Part shown: positions 63,446-64,000 of the stretch, one piece after another | How the letters are laid out: every line of letters begins with the position of its first letter | Position numbering within the stretch: position 1 is the stretch's first letter | Assembly: GCA_017518225.1 (NCBI GenBank) | Contig: JAFWVV010000038.1 | Coordinates: 981-64,980, forward strand | DNA from: Oscillospiraceae bacterium | GTDB taxonomy: Bacteria; Bacillota; Clostridia; Oscillospirales; Oscillospiraceae | Direction of reading: 5' to 3' | DNA length: 64,000 nucleotides | Program-made: the position numbers and the translations under genes | The notes under the pieces: model-generated | Told to the model about the DNA's origin: nothing | Databases searched by the model: none | What the model saw: the letters and a program-made list of their open reading frames with translations, nothing else

Positions 63446-63661
63446 ATGTCCATTACCGCAACAGAGTTGAAGCAGAACCTAAGCAAGTATCTCTTGATGG
63501 CGGAGCGGGAGGATGTATTCATCACCCGAAATGGCAAAGTCGTTGCCAAGCTCACAAATCCTTATCAGGACAGAGTTGACATGGCAAAATCTTTGTTCGG
63601 CATCATCCCCGGCGACATGACCATTGAGCAGGCACATAGGGAGCGGTTAGAGACGGTATGA
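63446..63661 (+). CDS. Phd/YefM-family antitoxin
   Basis: MSITATELKQNLSKYLLMAEREDVFITRNGKVVAKL is a typical Phd/YefM N-terminus. AAGGAGGAG SD. ATGA overlap with the PIN gene. Confidence 0.8.
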   Translation: MSITATELKQNLSKYLLMAEREDVFITRNGKVVAKLTNPYQDRVDMAKSLFGIIPGDMTIEQAHRERLETV

Positions 63662-64000
63662 ATGTTCTGATTGATACCTGTATCATCATTGACGCGCTGC
63701 AAAGTAGAGATCCGTTCAATAAAGACGCCGAGGCTTTATTCCTGTCTGTAGCGAATCGGCGGTGTGTGGGGTTCCTCACCGCCAATTCCATAACGGATAT
63801 ATATTACCTGATGCACAAGGCACTGCACAGTGCTGAAGAGACGAAGAAGGTTCTCGGCGTCCTGTTCAACTTGTTTGAAATCCTGGACACCTGTGGAATC
63901 GACTGTCGGAGGGCGCTGACAAGCGACATTTCCGACTATGAGGATGCGGTGATGATCGAAGCTGCGGTCCGCGCCGAGATCGACTGCATCGTTACGCGCA
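63658..64000 (+). CDS. PIN-domain (VapC-like) toxin; 3' end beyond the window
   Basis: Own translation MNVLIDTCIIIDALQSRDPF...FLTANSITDIYYLM...DYEDAVMIEAA shows the conserved acidic residues of PIN domains. No stop lies within the window, so it is absent from the ORF track. Confidence 0.75.
   Translation, partial: MNVLIDTCIIIDALQSRDPFNKDAEALFLSVANRRCVGFLTANSITDIYYLMHKALHSAEETKKVLGVLFNLFEILDTCGIDCRRALTSDISDYEDAVMIEAAVRAEIDCIVTR

Overview
This is a high-GC chromosomal segment that looks Gram-positive and anaerobic (Clostridia-like). That taxon call is inferred from gene content: an rnfCDGEAB operon, pyruvate:ferredoxin oxidoreductase, a flavodiiron protein, nrdR, a long Bacillus-type SRP RNA upstream of dnaX-ybaB, and an ECF S-component. 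I support about 60 protein genes, 7 tRNAs, one SRP RNA, one SAM-I riboswitch, several consensus sigma-A-like promoters and many hairpin terminators. The tRNAs are a Val-Phe-Gly-Cys cluster, Ala-CGC, Leu-TAA and Ala-GGC. I saw no rRNA, CRISPR array, integrase, transposase or recognisable phage genes. Most of the window is housekeeping: glmM, PFOR, coaX, dnaX, metK, ahcY, mgtE and rnf.

Observations worth a second look:
1. An AT-rich islet (22.2-25.0 kb) encodes an XRE-HTH plus helical-repeat (RRNPP-like) regulator that overlaps an ABC exporter gene. A divergent 17-codon ORF (MNSKKQKKNFLLLLCVS) ends 4 nt before a perfect 16-bp bidirectional terminator. Together these form a candidate peptide-signalling cassette.
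2. A GIY-YIG (COG2827-type) gene is bracketed by about 40-nt inverted repeats and sits inside a two-component/ABC operon. The same operon holds a gene-less 97-nt miniature of the same repeat pair. A further repeat copy appears to supply the start codon and signal-peptide n-region of the next gene. A 3 x 36-nt tandem array provides the histidine kinase stop codon.
3. A second, unrelated palindromic element family of about 72 nt has three copies: a tandem pair at 4.24 kb and one copy at 26.33 kb.
4. A 35-nt exact duplicate of the tRNA-Ala(GGC) 3' end lies 120 nt downstream of that tRNA. It is followed by AT-rich cargo that includes a Phd/PIN toxin-antitoxin pair.
5. Several unusual domain architectures occur: a flavodiiron protein fused to a flavin-reductase-like domain and two rubredoxins, a pyruvate kinase lacking the C-domain, and a NagB-fold protein with substituted catalytic residues.

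All calls come from reading the sequence and the ORF track; no database search was run. RNA ends and alternative start codons are approximate.
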